Positions 47,335-56,288 of a stretch of DNA of 64,000 nucleotides are shown in pieces. The stretch comes from Candidatus Saccharimonadales bacterium (lineage in GTDB: Bacteria; Patescibacteriota; Saccharimonadia; Saccharimonadales; SZUA-47): NCBI GenBank assembly GCA_041737385.1, contig JBGSRU010000005.1, positions 64,128-128,127 on the forward strand. Reading direction: 5' to 3'. Each line of letters begins with the position of its first letter. Position 1 is the stretch's first letter. The notes under the pieces are model-generated. The model was given only the letters and a program-made list of their open reading frames with translations. It ran no database searches and was not told the DNA's origin. Position numbers and translations under genes: made by a program.

Positions 47335-47342
47335 GTTCATCT

Positions 47343-47417
47343 TGGTAGCGGGGCCAGGACTCGAACCTGGGACCTCATGGTTATGAGCCATGCGAGCTGC
47401 CACTGCTCCACCCCGCG
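47343..47417 (-). tRNA. initiator tRNA-fMet (anticodon CAU)
   Basis: 75-nt cloverleaf. C1 is unpaired with U72. A11:U24 in the D-stem GAGC/GCTC. Anticodon loop CTCATAA with G-C pairs closing the stem. T-arm CCAGG-TTCGAGT-CCTGG. Encoded CCA. Confidence 0.9.
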
Positions 47418-47655
47418 CCATTGAATTGCGTTTCTTTTATGTAAACAAAAGACGTTACTTTTTTGTTTACAATCATTGAAACGAAATTCGCTCCTACTTC
47501 CGATTCAAGATTCCTCTCTTGAATCGGCAAAGCTGCATAAATATGCAAATTGACTGAAATATATCTTATCAAACAGGGGTAAAAAAGTCAACACTTGCGT
47601 GTAGGGTGCTATACTAAACCCTAATAGTGGGAATCATTCTAAACAAGGAGTTCAT

Positions 47656-48204
47656 ATGCCAAGTATAGTCGTAAACCCTAACACTGAAGGTCCTGTTTAT
47701 GCACTTTTTGAGGTGCAGCCAAGGAGAGCAAACAGGCCAGAAACCTATGATATAGCAACGATGAGTTATATTGATGGATCTGCACCTATAAAATTTGAGC
47801 AGGGTGAAAATGGGTTATATACAATGATCTCAACAGCCGACAGAACAGACGGTTCAAACCCAGAGCAAAGAACTGGCTTTAGCGTTAGAGAAGGAGCGTC
47901 GGGGGTCTTATATCTAAGTGGATTGAGGACAGAAGATTTGCGGGTAGAACTTGTCGACATAGAAGGAACAGTAGTAGAGCGAGTAAAGCCGTACTTACGG
48001 CCGACTCAAATAACAGTTCCTGGGCAACGAGCAGATACTTTTGCTTTATATGATTCCAGAACCAGGGCTAAGACACGAGCTGGATTTATGGGCTTAAGTG
48101 TTTTCACGGCTGCTACTCAGGTAACGTTAGATCGTTATGCGGTCAGGCCTATAAGAGTTGATATTGATGGACAAACAACTTCTTCAACTCGAGCAGTTGC
48201 GTAG
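47656..48204 (+). CDS. hypothetical protein (beta-rich, no recognised domain)
   Basis: Strong SD AAGGAG 6 nt upstream and a promoter-like TCAACA-16-TATACT upstream. Confidence 0.5.
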   Translation: MPSIVVNPNTEGPVYALFEVQPRRANRPETYDIATMSYIDGSAPIKFEQGENGLYTMISTADRTDGSNPEQRTGFSVREGASGVLYLSGLRTEDLRVELVDIEGTVVERVKPYLRPTQITVPGQRADTFALYDSRTRAKTRAGFMGLSVFTAATQVTLDRYAVRPIRVDIDGQTTSSTRAVA

Positions 48205-48233
48205 TTGGGCTTTTTTGCCTACACTAGTCTGTA

Positions 48234-49124
48234 ATGGCTGAGAGTTTTTTTCTGATTAAAGGTAAGCAGGACAAAATGCCTGTTATATTTTCATCGTTTC
48301 CTGACGGTGATATTCACTGTATTGTTGAAAACGTCGAAAAGTGTAGGGATAAATCAGTTTTGTTGTTCCATCGACTGTATCCAAACCAAAACTCCCGCTT
48401 CATGCAGTTGATGTTAATTGTCGACGTGATTAAAGAACACAAGGCCAAAGACATAAGTATTTTTGTACCGTATCTCCCGTATAGCAGACAAGATAAACGC
48501 TACATACCAGGAGAATCGATCAGCGCCGATGCCCTGTGTCGAGTGCTCAAGAAAGCAGGCTGTACAACGCTGTATACACTTGATTGTCATTTCATGAACG
48601 GTGAGTTAGAAACAAAACGCGGTGGTCTCACTATCAGAAGCATATCTGTTGGTGACGAACTGATCGCGGCTTATAAAAAAGCAGTTGGGTCGTCGAAGTT
48701 TGATGTAGTTGGACCAGATAGCGGCTCGAGCTATTTGACAAAAAATCATGGTGGCAAAAATATGAAAAAAACCCGTGGTGAGTATAAAGATTTGAATGAA
48801 GAAGATAGTAGTAGCTACCGTGATATTGATGACCTGCTAGACGACCATATTGAGCACAAGCACAATAAAGTACTCATAATCGATGACATGATTAGCACAG
48901 GTTCAACTATTATTAAAGCAGCTGAACGCTTACGAGAAAAAGGAATCAAATCAATCGCATGTGCCACCACACATGCTTTTTTCTTGCGTGGAAGTTACGC
49001 GACGATAAGTAACTCGCTAGATATGATGATTTTCTATAGTGATAGCATTGAGCAACCAAACGCTGTAGTTAAGTGCGAGAAAGTTTTTGAAAAACAAATT
49101 GTGCCGATGTGGCAGAAAGGATAA
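48234..49124 (+). CDS. prs: ribose-phosphate pyrophosphokinase
   Basis: PYLPYSRQDK and VLIIDDMISTGSTI PRPP-binding motifs. Confidence 0.85.
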   Translation: MAESFFLIKGKQDKMPVIFSSFPDGDIHCIVENVEKCRDKSVLLFHRLYPNQNSRFMQLMLIVDVIKEHKAKDISIFVPYLPYSRQDKRYIPGESISADALCRVLKKAGCTTLYTLDCHFMNGELETKRGGLTIRSISVGDELIAAYKKAVGSSKFDVVGPDSGSSYLTKNHGGKNMKKTRGEYKDLNEEDSSSYRDIDDLLDDHIEHKHNKVLIIDDMISTGSTIIKAAERLREKGIKSIACATTHAFFLRGSYATISNSLDMMIFYSDSIEQPNAVVKCEKVFEKQIVPMWQKG

Positions 49125-49130
49125 TCTTTT

Positions 49131-50171
49131 ATGCCAACAATAAAACTACCCGGTTTAATTGATGTACACGTTCATCTGCGAGATCCAGGACAGACACATA
49201 AAGAAGATTTACTATCAGGTACCAGTGCTGCGCTAGCAGGTGGATTTACCTGTGTTGTCGATATGCCAAACAACGCTGAACCAATAACCACTGTTGAACG
49301 CCAGAAGAACAAACAAGCAATTGCGCAGGAAAAAGCAGTGAGTGATATTGGATTTCACTACGGTTCTCTTGGTGACAACTTAGAGACGTTCGAAGAAGCA
49401 GCTAAGTATTCAGTTGGCTTGAAGCTATACCTAAACAATACAACTGGCGGCTATGTGCTTGATCCAGAAAATCTCAAGAAGATTTACGCAGCTTGGCCAA
49501 AAGACCAAGTGGTACTGTTACACGCTGAAGAAGATTTCATAGATGTCGCAATTGCTTCGATGGAAGGTCTAGAAAGACCGATTCATATTTGCCATATGCC
49601 GAGCAAAGAAATTCTGGAAAAGATCATCAAAGCTAAAAAAGAAGGTAAGCCGGTCACTTGCGGAGTATGTGCGCATCATCTATTTTTAAACGAACAAGAT
49701 GTTGATAAAATTGGTGTCTTTGCGGACATGTTGCCGTCGCTAAAGCCACAAGCGGACCAAGACTATTTATGGAAAAATCTTGACTACATAGATATATTTG
49801 AATCTGACCATGCACCTCACACCAAAGAGGAAAAAGAAGCCGGCGCACACGGCGTCCCAGGGCTTGAAACGACGCTTCCTCTTTTACTGAAAGCAGAAGC
49901 AGAAGGTAAGATTACCAGAGAGCAGATTATTGATAAATGTCATACAACACCCGCTCGTATATTTGGTATTCCGACAGATGAGAATACCTATGTAGAGGTA
50001 GATATGACACCGACAACTATCAAAAATAGCGAACTAAAAACTAAATGTGGCTGGAGCCCATTTGATGGTTGGGAAGTCCCAGGGAAAGTCTGTAAAGTGG
50101 TGCTGCGCGGTGAAACCGTCTACGAAAATGGCGAAGTCATAGCAGAACCGGGCTCAGGCAAAGTTTTATAA
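49131..50171 (+). CDS. pyrC: dihydroorotase
   Basis: LPGLIDVHVHLRDPG metal-binding HxH, amidohydrolase fold, ESDHAPH. Confidence 0.85.
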   Translation: MPTIKLPGLIDVHVHLRDPGQTHKEDLLSGTSAALAGGFTCVVDMPNNAEPITTVERQKNKQAIAQEKAVSDIGFHYGSLGDNLETFEEAAKYSVGLKLYLNNTTGGYVLDPENLKKIYAAWPKDQVVLLHAEEDFIDVAIASMEGLERPIHICHMPSKEILEKIIKAKKEGKPVTCGVCAHHLFLNEQDVDKIGVFADMLPSLKPQADQDYLWKNLDYIDIFESDHAPHTKEEKEAGAHGVPGLETTLPLLLKAEAEGKITREQIIDKCHTTPARIFGIPTDENTYVEVDMTPTTIKNSELKTKCGWSPFDGWEVPGKVCKVVLRGETVYENGEVIAEPGSGKVL

Positions 50172-51245
50172 ACTAGCTTTTATCTCTTCGGCTAGCTTCG
50201 GATTCCACATCGCGCCAGTAGCTGATTGAACACAGTTAGCTCCATGTTTTATATAGTGTGCGTAATCATCTGAAGTCATTACTCCTCCAACACCTATAAT
50301 TTGGTATGTGTAGCCTTTTTCCGTACGAAGCTCATCTAGTCGCTTCACCATATCTAACCCAGCCCATCTAACACCTGCACCACAACAACCACTTTTTAGT
50401 CGTCCTTCACCAATAAGTGCTTGATCACCGTTTTCGTCTACGATTGCAGCAGGTATGGTATTTATTGAACTTATAGCAGATATATACGGTGAAATTCCTT
50501 CAACAATTTCTTTAAGTAGCTCTTGTTGCTCTTCAGAGTAATACCCGACTTTAGCTACAAGCGCTGTGTCGCCAACGGCTGTTTTTACCCGTCTGCAGAT
50601 CTCTATAACTGCGTCTTTTGAATAGCAGAGAACTCCTTCAGAAGCTACATTTGGGCATGATAGGTTTAACTCAATTACTTTTACACCTGCATCTTTTGCG
50701 AGAACTGAAGCTTTAACAAAATCGTCGTAATATTCGTCTGGGGTGAATCCATCTTGGATGGTTCCAACCACACTCATGATGAGTAGCTGGCCTTTACCAA
50801 CCCCAGTAAGCGCTTTTTTGAGATCGTCAACCCAAAAATCAGGACCCATAGAAGGGTTTCCGAAAGAGTTCGTAATAGTAAGAGTTTTTGAGTTTTCAGG
50901 GAAAGTTCTAGTCCCGACTAAATTACCAGCCGCTTTCTCAAGTGTTAAGTCACCTTCAACATCTAAAGATAAGACATGTGGAAATTGGTTGGGCTCAAAA
51001 CTAACTGTTCGTTGAGTTTTGTAAACAACAACATCGAACCCAAGCCTAAAAGCTGCGTTTGTATGCTTAGATGACGGTAAAGGCCCAGCAGGTATGCCAA
51101 AAGGTGTAAAAACTTTGAAACCTAGAAATTCATTAGTAGGTTCGCCAGAACTTATAACGTCTTCAACTTCTGACACAAAAGGCCCGTTCTCGACATTGTC
51201 TTCGAATGTCTTGTTAGGGTCATAAAAATATGCTTGATTTGTCAT
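50166..51245 (-). CDS. pyrD: dihydroorotate dehydrogenase-like flavoenzyme (class 1-like)
   Basis: TIM-barrel FMN motifs, NLSCPN active-site loop, GIGGV. Converges on and overlaps pyrC by 6 nt. Confidence 0.7.
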   Translation of the reverse strand: MTNQAYFYDPNKTFEDNVENGPFVSEVEDVISSGEPTNEFLGFKVFTPFGIPAGPLPSSKHTNAAFRLGFDVVVYKTQRTVSFEPNQFPHVLSLDVEGDLTLEKAAGNLVGTRTFPENSKTLTITNSFGNPSMGPDFWVDDLKKALTGVGKGQLLIMSVVGTIQDGFTPDEYYDDFVKASVLAKDAGVKVIELNLSCPNVASEGVLCYSKDAVIEICRRVKTAVGDTALVAKVGYYSEEQQELLKEIVEGISPYISAISSINTIPAAIVDENGDQALIGEGRLKSGCCGAGVRWAGLDMVKRLDELRTEKGYTYQIIGVGGVMTSDDYAHYIKHGANCVQSATGAMWNPKLAEEIKASL

Positions 51246-51317
51246 TGTAACTCCCTCTATTTAGTACTACTATATCACGCTTAACTCCTGTAGAATATCT
51301 ATAAAGGGGACATCAGC

Positions 51318-52118
51318 TTGATAGAAAAGTTTATTACGGCAGCACAAAAAAATAACTCGCTTGTGTGTATTGGGCTAGACCCTGACATTGCTAAATTACC
51401 TAGCGGTGTTGACCAATTAACTTTTAATAAAGCAATTATAGACGCAACGCATGACGTCGTTGCCTGCTACAAGCCAAACTCAGCATTTTATGAAGCGATT
51501 GGAGCTGAAGGCATACAAAACCTCAAATCGACCTGTGACTATATCCATGAAAATTATCCAGAGATACCCATCATATTAGACGCCAAAAGGGCAGATATTG
51601 GAAACACTAATAAAGGCTATATTGAATATGCATATGATTATCTTGGTACAGATGCGGTCACACTGCATCCGTATATGGGGAAAGAATCTATCCAGCCATT
51701 TCTAGACCGTGCAGATAAAGTATCAGTAATACTCTGTCGAACATCAAACGTCGGTGCCGGAGAGTTTCAAGATTTGATAGTTGACGGTGTGCCGTTATAC
51801 AAAAAAGTAGCCAGTAATGTTGCAAATAATTGGAACGAAAACAACAACTGCATGCTAGTTGTAGGAGCGACGTATCCAGATGAAATGCAAAAAATTCGTT
51901 CAATTATAGGAGACGACATGTGGTTTTTGATTCCCGGTGTTGGTGCCCAAGGTGGAGACGTTGAACAGACCGTGAAATCTGGAATCAACTCAAAAGGTCA
52001 CGGCATGGTGATCAGCTCATCAAGGGGAATAATATTTGCATCAAGTGGCGATGATTATGCTAAAGTTGCTAGAGAAAAAGCAATCGAACTTAGGGATGAA
52101 ATTAACAAATACAGGTAG
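51318..52118 (+). CDS. pyrF: orotidine-5'-phosphate decarboxylase (long/type 2)
   Basis: CIGLDP, LDAKRADIGNT, PGVGAQGG motifs. TTG start. Confidence 0.85.
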   Translation: MIEKFITAAQKNNSLVCIGLDPDIAKLPSGVDQLTFNKAIIDATHDVVACYKPNSAFYEAIGAEGIQNLKSTCDYIHENYPEIPIILDAKRADIGNTNKGYIEYAYDYLGTDAVTLHPYMGKESIQPFLDRADKVSVILCRTSNVGAGEFQDLIVDGVPLYKKVASNVANNWNENNNCMLVVGATYPDEMQKIRSIIGDDMWFLIPGVGAQGGDVEQTVKSGINSKGHGMVISSSRGIIFASSGDDYAKVAREKAIELRDEINKYR

Positions 52119-52127
52119 GAGCTAAAA

Positions 52128-52739
52128 GTGGCAGAGGTATCACAAGAGACTAAGAAAAAAATTGCACTAGGAATCGTAGAGTACGGATTATTTAACTTTG
52201 GAGAATTTACCTTCAAATCAGGAATAAAGTCACCTATGTATATGAATCTGCGAAATCTGCTTTCGTACCCAGAATTTTTAAAAGAAATCGCAAAAGCATA
52301 CGCTGAACTGATTAGTGACTTGAGGTTTGATCGATTGGGTGCAATTCCATATGGTGCAATTTCAATGACTGGAGCGTTGTCATTAGAACTGAATATGCCT
52401 TGGATTTGTGCTAGAAAAGAATCCAAAGAATACGGAATGGGTAAAGACCTTATAGGTGATTTCAAAGAAGGTGAAATAGTACTAATGGTAGATGATCTGG
52501 TAACAAATGGTGACTCAAAAGTCGAATCACTCGGTTCGTTTACCGGTAACGGTCTTGTCGTAAAAGATTTTGCAGTAATGCTCGATTACGATAGGGGAGC
52601 AACTGAAATGCTAGCTGAGAAAGGGTTTAACCTACATAGAATGATGACGGTCAAAGAAGCTGTAGATATCATTCATGAAGAGGGTAAAATTGATGACTCC
52701 ATGTACACAAAATGTATTGAGTTTTTAAGCAATAAGTAA
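52128..52739 (+). CDS. pyrE: orotate phosphoribosyltransferase
   Basis: FTFKSGIKSPMY and VLMVDDLVTNGDS PRPP motifs. GTG start with AGGAG SD. Confidence 0.85.
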   Translation: MAEVSQETKKKIALGIVEYGLFNFGEFTFKSGIKSPMYMNLRNLLSYPEFLKEIAKAYAELISDLRFDRLGAIPYGAISMTGALSLELNMPWICARKESKEYGMGKDLIGDFKEGEIVLMVDDLVTNGDSKVESLGSFTGNGLVVKDFAVMLDYDRGATEMLAEKGFNLHRMMTVKEAVDIIHEEGKIDDSMYTKCIEFLSNK

Positions 52740-52742
52740 TTT

Positions 52743-53657
52743 TTACCTAGCGAATAAACTCTCGAGTAGCGCCATGCGCATGTAGAGACCGTTTTTTACC
52801 TGGTCGAAGTAGATGGCTCTAGGATCGCTATCAACATCAATAGTAATTTCATTGACTCTTGGAAGTGGGTGCATGACTACTGCATTTTTGTTTAGCTTTT
52901 TCATAATTTCTGTATCAAGTATAAAACTGTCTTTAATAGCCATATAATCTTCTATGAGCTTAAAGCGTTCTTTTTGAACGCGTGTCATATACAAAACATC
53001 AACGGCGCCAAGTATATCGTCCCATTTTTCATACATTTGATACTTGGTGCCAGCATTATTCAAAATTTCTATATATTTAGCAGGAAGCTGGAGTTGGTCA
53101 GGTGCAATGAAATAAAGTGTAACGTCGTAAAGACTTAGAACCTGAAGCAGAGAGTGTATTGTACGTCCGTTTAATAGATCACCAACTAAACCGATCTTTA
53201 AGCCGTCAATTTTGCCTTTAGACTCAAACAATGTAAACATGTCCAGCAATGCTTGAGTCGGATGTTCTCCGGCACCATCTCCGGCGTTGATTATAGACAC
53301 GTTTGAAACTGCCGCTGCTTTCGCTGCCGCACCTACTTCTGGATGACGTAATACTATTGCGTCTGCATAAGCACTAATCGTCATAATCGAATCTTCTAAC
53401 GATTCACCTTTAATAGCCGACGAAAAACTTCCTGCGTTTTCAGTACTTATCAGGTTAGCACCAAGGTTTTGAATAGCCGTTTCAAAAGATAAGCGTGTAC
53501 GGGTACTCGGTTCATAAAAAAGAGTCGCTACTGTCATGTGTAGCAGTGGCTTTGGATATTCTGCTAAAGGCATTTTTGAAAACTCATGAGCGCGCTTAAA
53601 GAGTTTATCCAGCTCTTTTTTATCGTTGAACTGCGAAATTGATGTGATGTGCTTCAT
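52743..53657 (-). CDS. pyrB: aspartate carbamoyltransferase catalytic subunit
   Basis: STRTRLSFE, HPTQALLD, HPLPR motifs. Confidence 0.9.
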   Translation of the reverse strand: MKHITSISQFNDKKELDKLFKRAHEFSKMPLAEYPKPLLHMTVATLFYEPSTRTRLSFETAIQNLGANLISTENAGSFSSAIKGESLEDSIMTISAYADAIVLRHPEVGAAAKAAAVSNVSIINAGDGAGEHPTQALLDMFTLFESKGKIDGLKIGLVGDLLNGRTIHSLLQVLSLYDVTLYFIAPDQLQLPAKYIEILNNAGTKYQMYEKWDDILGAVDVLYMTRVQKERFKLIEDYMAIKDSFILDTEIMKKLNKNAVVMHPLPRVNEITIDVDSDPRAIYFDQVKNGLYMRMALLESLFAR

Positions 53658-53700
53658 TGCAAACTATTGTACTGAATTTAGGCAGTTAAGTATACAAAAT

Positions 53701-53732
53701 AAAAATCCTGCGATTTTCACCGCAGGATTTTT
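53701..53732. terminator. bidirectional intrinsic terminator
   Basis: AAAAATCCTGCG / CGCAGGATTTTT 12-bp stem with an 8-nt loop. Confidence 0.65.
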
Positions 53733-53749
53733 CATGAATGAAATTAGTA

Positions 53750-53806
53750 TTACTTTTGCTTTTTAGGTTTTTTGATTTCTCGCTTTGGTCGATCTCGTCC
53801 TGGCAT
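53750..53806 (-). CDS. candidate 18-aa highly basic micro-ORF (MPGRDRPKREIKKPKKQK)
   Basis: GAGGAG SD 7 nt before the ATG. My own translation. Ends just before the terminator at 53701-53732. Confidence 0.2.
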   Translation of the reverse strand: MPGRDRPKREIKKPKKQK

Positions 53807-54111
53807 AAAACTACTCCTCAAATAATTAATTAGTTAAATTTCCTGTTCGAGTAATTTTATATCTTCATGAATGTTTACTCTCTCTTTTTTGTATGGAATT
53901 ATTCCAAACCGCTACGCTTTAATAGTAACATGAAAAAATATACTTTATATAGTCTGAAAAATACAATTAACAATGGTGCTTATAATCGAAGATAGGGATT
54001 TAGTTTATAAAATACACACTTTTTATTGATAGCAAACGTTATGTTTTGACAATTGAACTGGACGACTGTGGTCTAGCTCCAACTAATCATACTATTGAAG
54101 GAAACTTCAAA

Positions 54112-55029
54112 TTACCAACTAGACTGACCGAAGTCTTGTAAATTTGTTGATATTGGTACAATCTTGAGAACTATATATTCGCCTGCATTAATTCTAGTGA
54201 TTGGAGCAAGTTTTCTACCCTCTTTGTAGTCTTTAAAAGAGGCTATTTGATTCCTAACAGCTTTTATTATTTCTTTGTCCATAACTTCTTCTGCAAACCC
54301 TTTTACATATAACACCCTAAGTGATCCTGAGTTATGGATTGTTAGCGCTACAGAACTGTGTTTTTTTGCGTTTATTGCTTTTTGTGTTTTTCTCTTAGTG
54401 AGAATATAGAAGTTCTCCTCCTTATCTACTTCAAAATGAACAACTGACGCGTGAGGGTTACCATTTGCATCAACTGTTGATAAAACGGCTGTGTCATCCA
54501 TCCTTTCGATTTTGTTTAATTCTTTTATTGAGTCAAGAGCCGCTGTATGATCAATTAAATAAGGTTGATAACTAGTTTCTTTTTGGGAAATGGCAGCTTT
54601 TCCCGCGACAACTGTCTCTTTGTTGATATCCTTATTCTCTATATATACTTCTATATATTCGTCGAATATTTTTGCGCATTTAATATTCACAAAACGAAGG
54701 GTATAATCTCTGACTCTTGTATGTAAAACAACTCCTGCAAACGGGCCAATAAATGTTGTCTTTACTCCCGCGACTACTTCATAAGTAATTTCGTCCCAGT
54801 TTTTGTAAAAAGGTTTACAGTCCAAGAAAATAATTCTCTTGTCTGTAGCAACTAACATCCCTGAATCGATTGTTTTATCAATTCTGCCGTATATAACGCC
54901 TTTTATATGCTCATTTTCATGGATGATTTTAGGCAAGTAGCTTGTATCAAGTTTCATAAGTCCATAGTTAGACATACCCGCAGCTTGTAGCTCACTATTA
55001 ATCCTTTGGACATGCTCAAGATTTTCCAT
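54112..55029 (-). CDS. fusion of a bacterial PH-like domain and a pyridoxamine-5'-phosphate-oxidase-like FMN-binding split barrel
   Basis: N-terminus GVIYGRID...MLVATDKRIIFLD (bPH-like). C-terminus LSTVDANGNPHASVVHF..FYILT (PNPOx-like). Confidence 0.5.
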   Translation of the reverse strand: MENLEHVQRINSELQAAGMSNYGLMKLDTSYLPKIIHENEHIKGVIYGRIDKTIDSGMLVATDKRIIFLDCKPFYKNWDEITYEVVAGVKTTFIGPFAGVVLHTRVRDYTLRFVNIKCAKIFDEYIEVYIENKDINKETVVAGKAAISQKETSYQPYLIDHTAALDSIKELNKIERMDDTAVLSTVDANGNPHASVVHFEVDKEENFYILTKRKTQKAINAKKHSSVALTIHNSGSLRVLYVKGFAEEVMDKEIIKAVRNQIASFKDYKEGRKLAPITRINAGEYIVLKIVPISTNLQDFGQSSW

Positions 55030-55159
55030 ATAAAATACTCCCTATATACTAGTATGCTCTAATAGCTAGCACTGTTCAAGTTTGAGCAATAAATAAATAA
55101 AGAGTACTTACAGTGATTTGTAAGTACTCAATATTATTTTTAAAAAGGTGGTTTATTTA

Positions 55160-55672
55160 CTAGGATTCGTCTGTTGAATTAGAATCGTCTTCAGGTCCGT
55201 GCGGTCCATAACCTCGATGTCTACTGCCTTCGCCTTTTTCCGGTCGTATAGCGTCTAGATCGATACCTTGTTCTTCTGCCCAAGCTTTGAACGCGTCTCT
55301 AGACTCTTTCATCTGTGTACGTATTTCGTCTCTGGTTGCTCCAGAATCTTTTAGAGCTTGCATTGCTGCTTTTTGCTCTGCCTTCTTTGCGGTCATTGCA
55401 TCGGCTTGTTCTTGAGTCAATGTTCCGTTGGTGACAAGTCCTGCAAGTCTTTCTGCTTGTTGAGCTTCTCGTTCTACTTTATTTTCAGCTTTGATTTCAT
55501 CAAATGCACTTTCTACGGCGCTTGTTTCAACGCCTAGCTTTTCTGCGAGTTTCGACGCGCGTTCAGTTTTCTGTTCACTTGTCTGAGCACTTGCCGCGCT
55601 TATACCTATGATGCTACCAGCTGACACTGTAGTGATGAGTGCTGCTACTACTAGGTGTTTATTAATTTTCAT
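55160..55672 (-). CDS. secreted alpha-helical protein
   Basis: AAGGAG SD before the internal Met at 55672. Signal peptide MKINKHLVVAALITTVSAGSIIGISAASAQ. Confidence 0.5.
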   Translation of the reverse strand: MKINKHLVVAALITTVSAGSIIGISAASAQTSEQKTERASKLAEKLGVETSAVESAFDEIKAENKVEREAQQAERLAGLVTNGTLTQEQADAMTAKKAEQKAAMQALKDSGATRDEIRTQMKESRDAFKAWAEEQGIDLDAIRPEKGEGSRHRGYGPHGPEDDSNSTDES

Positions 55673-55837
55673 TATAATTCTCCTTATATTTATTATTATT
55701 TGTTCACATGGATTGCTGTATTGTTCGTCCGCATATCTGCGCTTACGATTGAATGCATTCTCAAGGAACAAGACCATAGTACAAACTAGTACTTAAATGA
55801 TACTTAGCTGCAGCTGAGTAAAGTCTGAGAAATGAGG

Positions 55838-56275
55838 TTACATTGTTTTTATAAGAGTGATTACATCAGCTATATTGCCTACTGAACTATCAAAATCAAT
55901 AGACTCTAGATCGTCCAAGTCAAACCACTGCAACCTTGAAAGCTCACTGGTTTTTATGACATCCGCTGTGCCGATAGATACAAAGAAATATAGATTACAG
56001 CGTGGGACAGCGTCAGACTCATGTCCTGTCGTTACGGAAACGACGTTATAATCACAAGTAATTGAACTTTGAGCAATGCCTAGTTCTTCTTCAAGCTCGC
56101 GTGGCAATGCCTGTCTAATTTCTTCACCATGGTCGATACCTCCGCCTGGAAAAGACCACCCTTCATTGCCATTATCTTCTGCTAGCAAAATCCTATCGTC
56201 GCGAATAATAATAGCTTTAACAGCTACTCTGTATAAACAGTCTTTAATTTTATCTAGCCGCGAATCAACATTCAT
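55838..56275 (-). CDS. NUDIX hydrolase
   Basis: Nudix box GGGIDHGEEIRQALPRELEEELGI. Confidence 0.8.
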   Translation of the reverse strand: MNVDSRLDKIKDCLYRVAVKAIIIRDDRILLAEDNGNEGWSFPGGGIDHGEEIRQALPRELEEELGIAQSSITCDYNVVSVTTGHESDAVPRCNLYFFVSIGTADVIKTSELSRLQWFDLDDLESIDFDSSVGNIADVITLIKTM

Positions 56276-56288
56276 AGTAAGAAGTATA

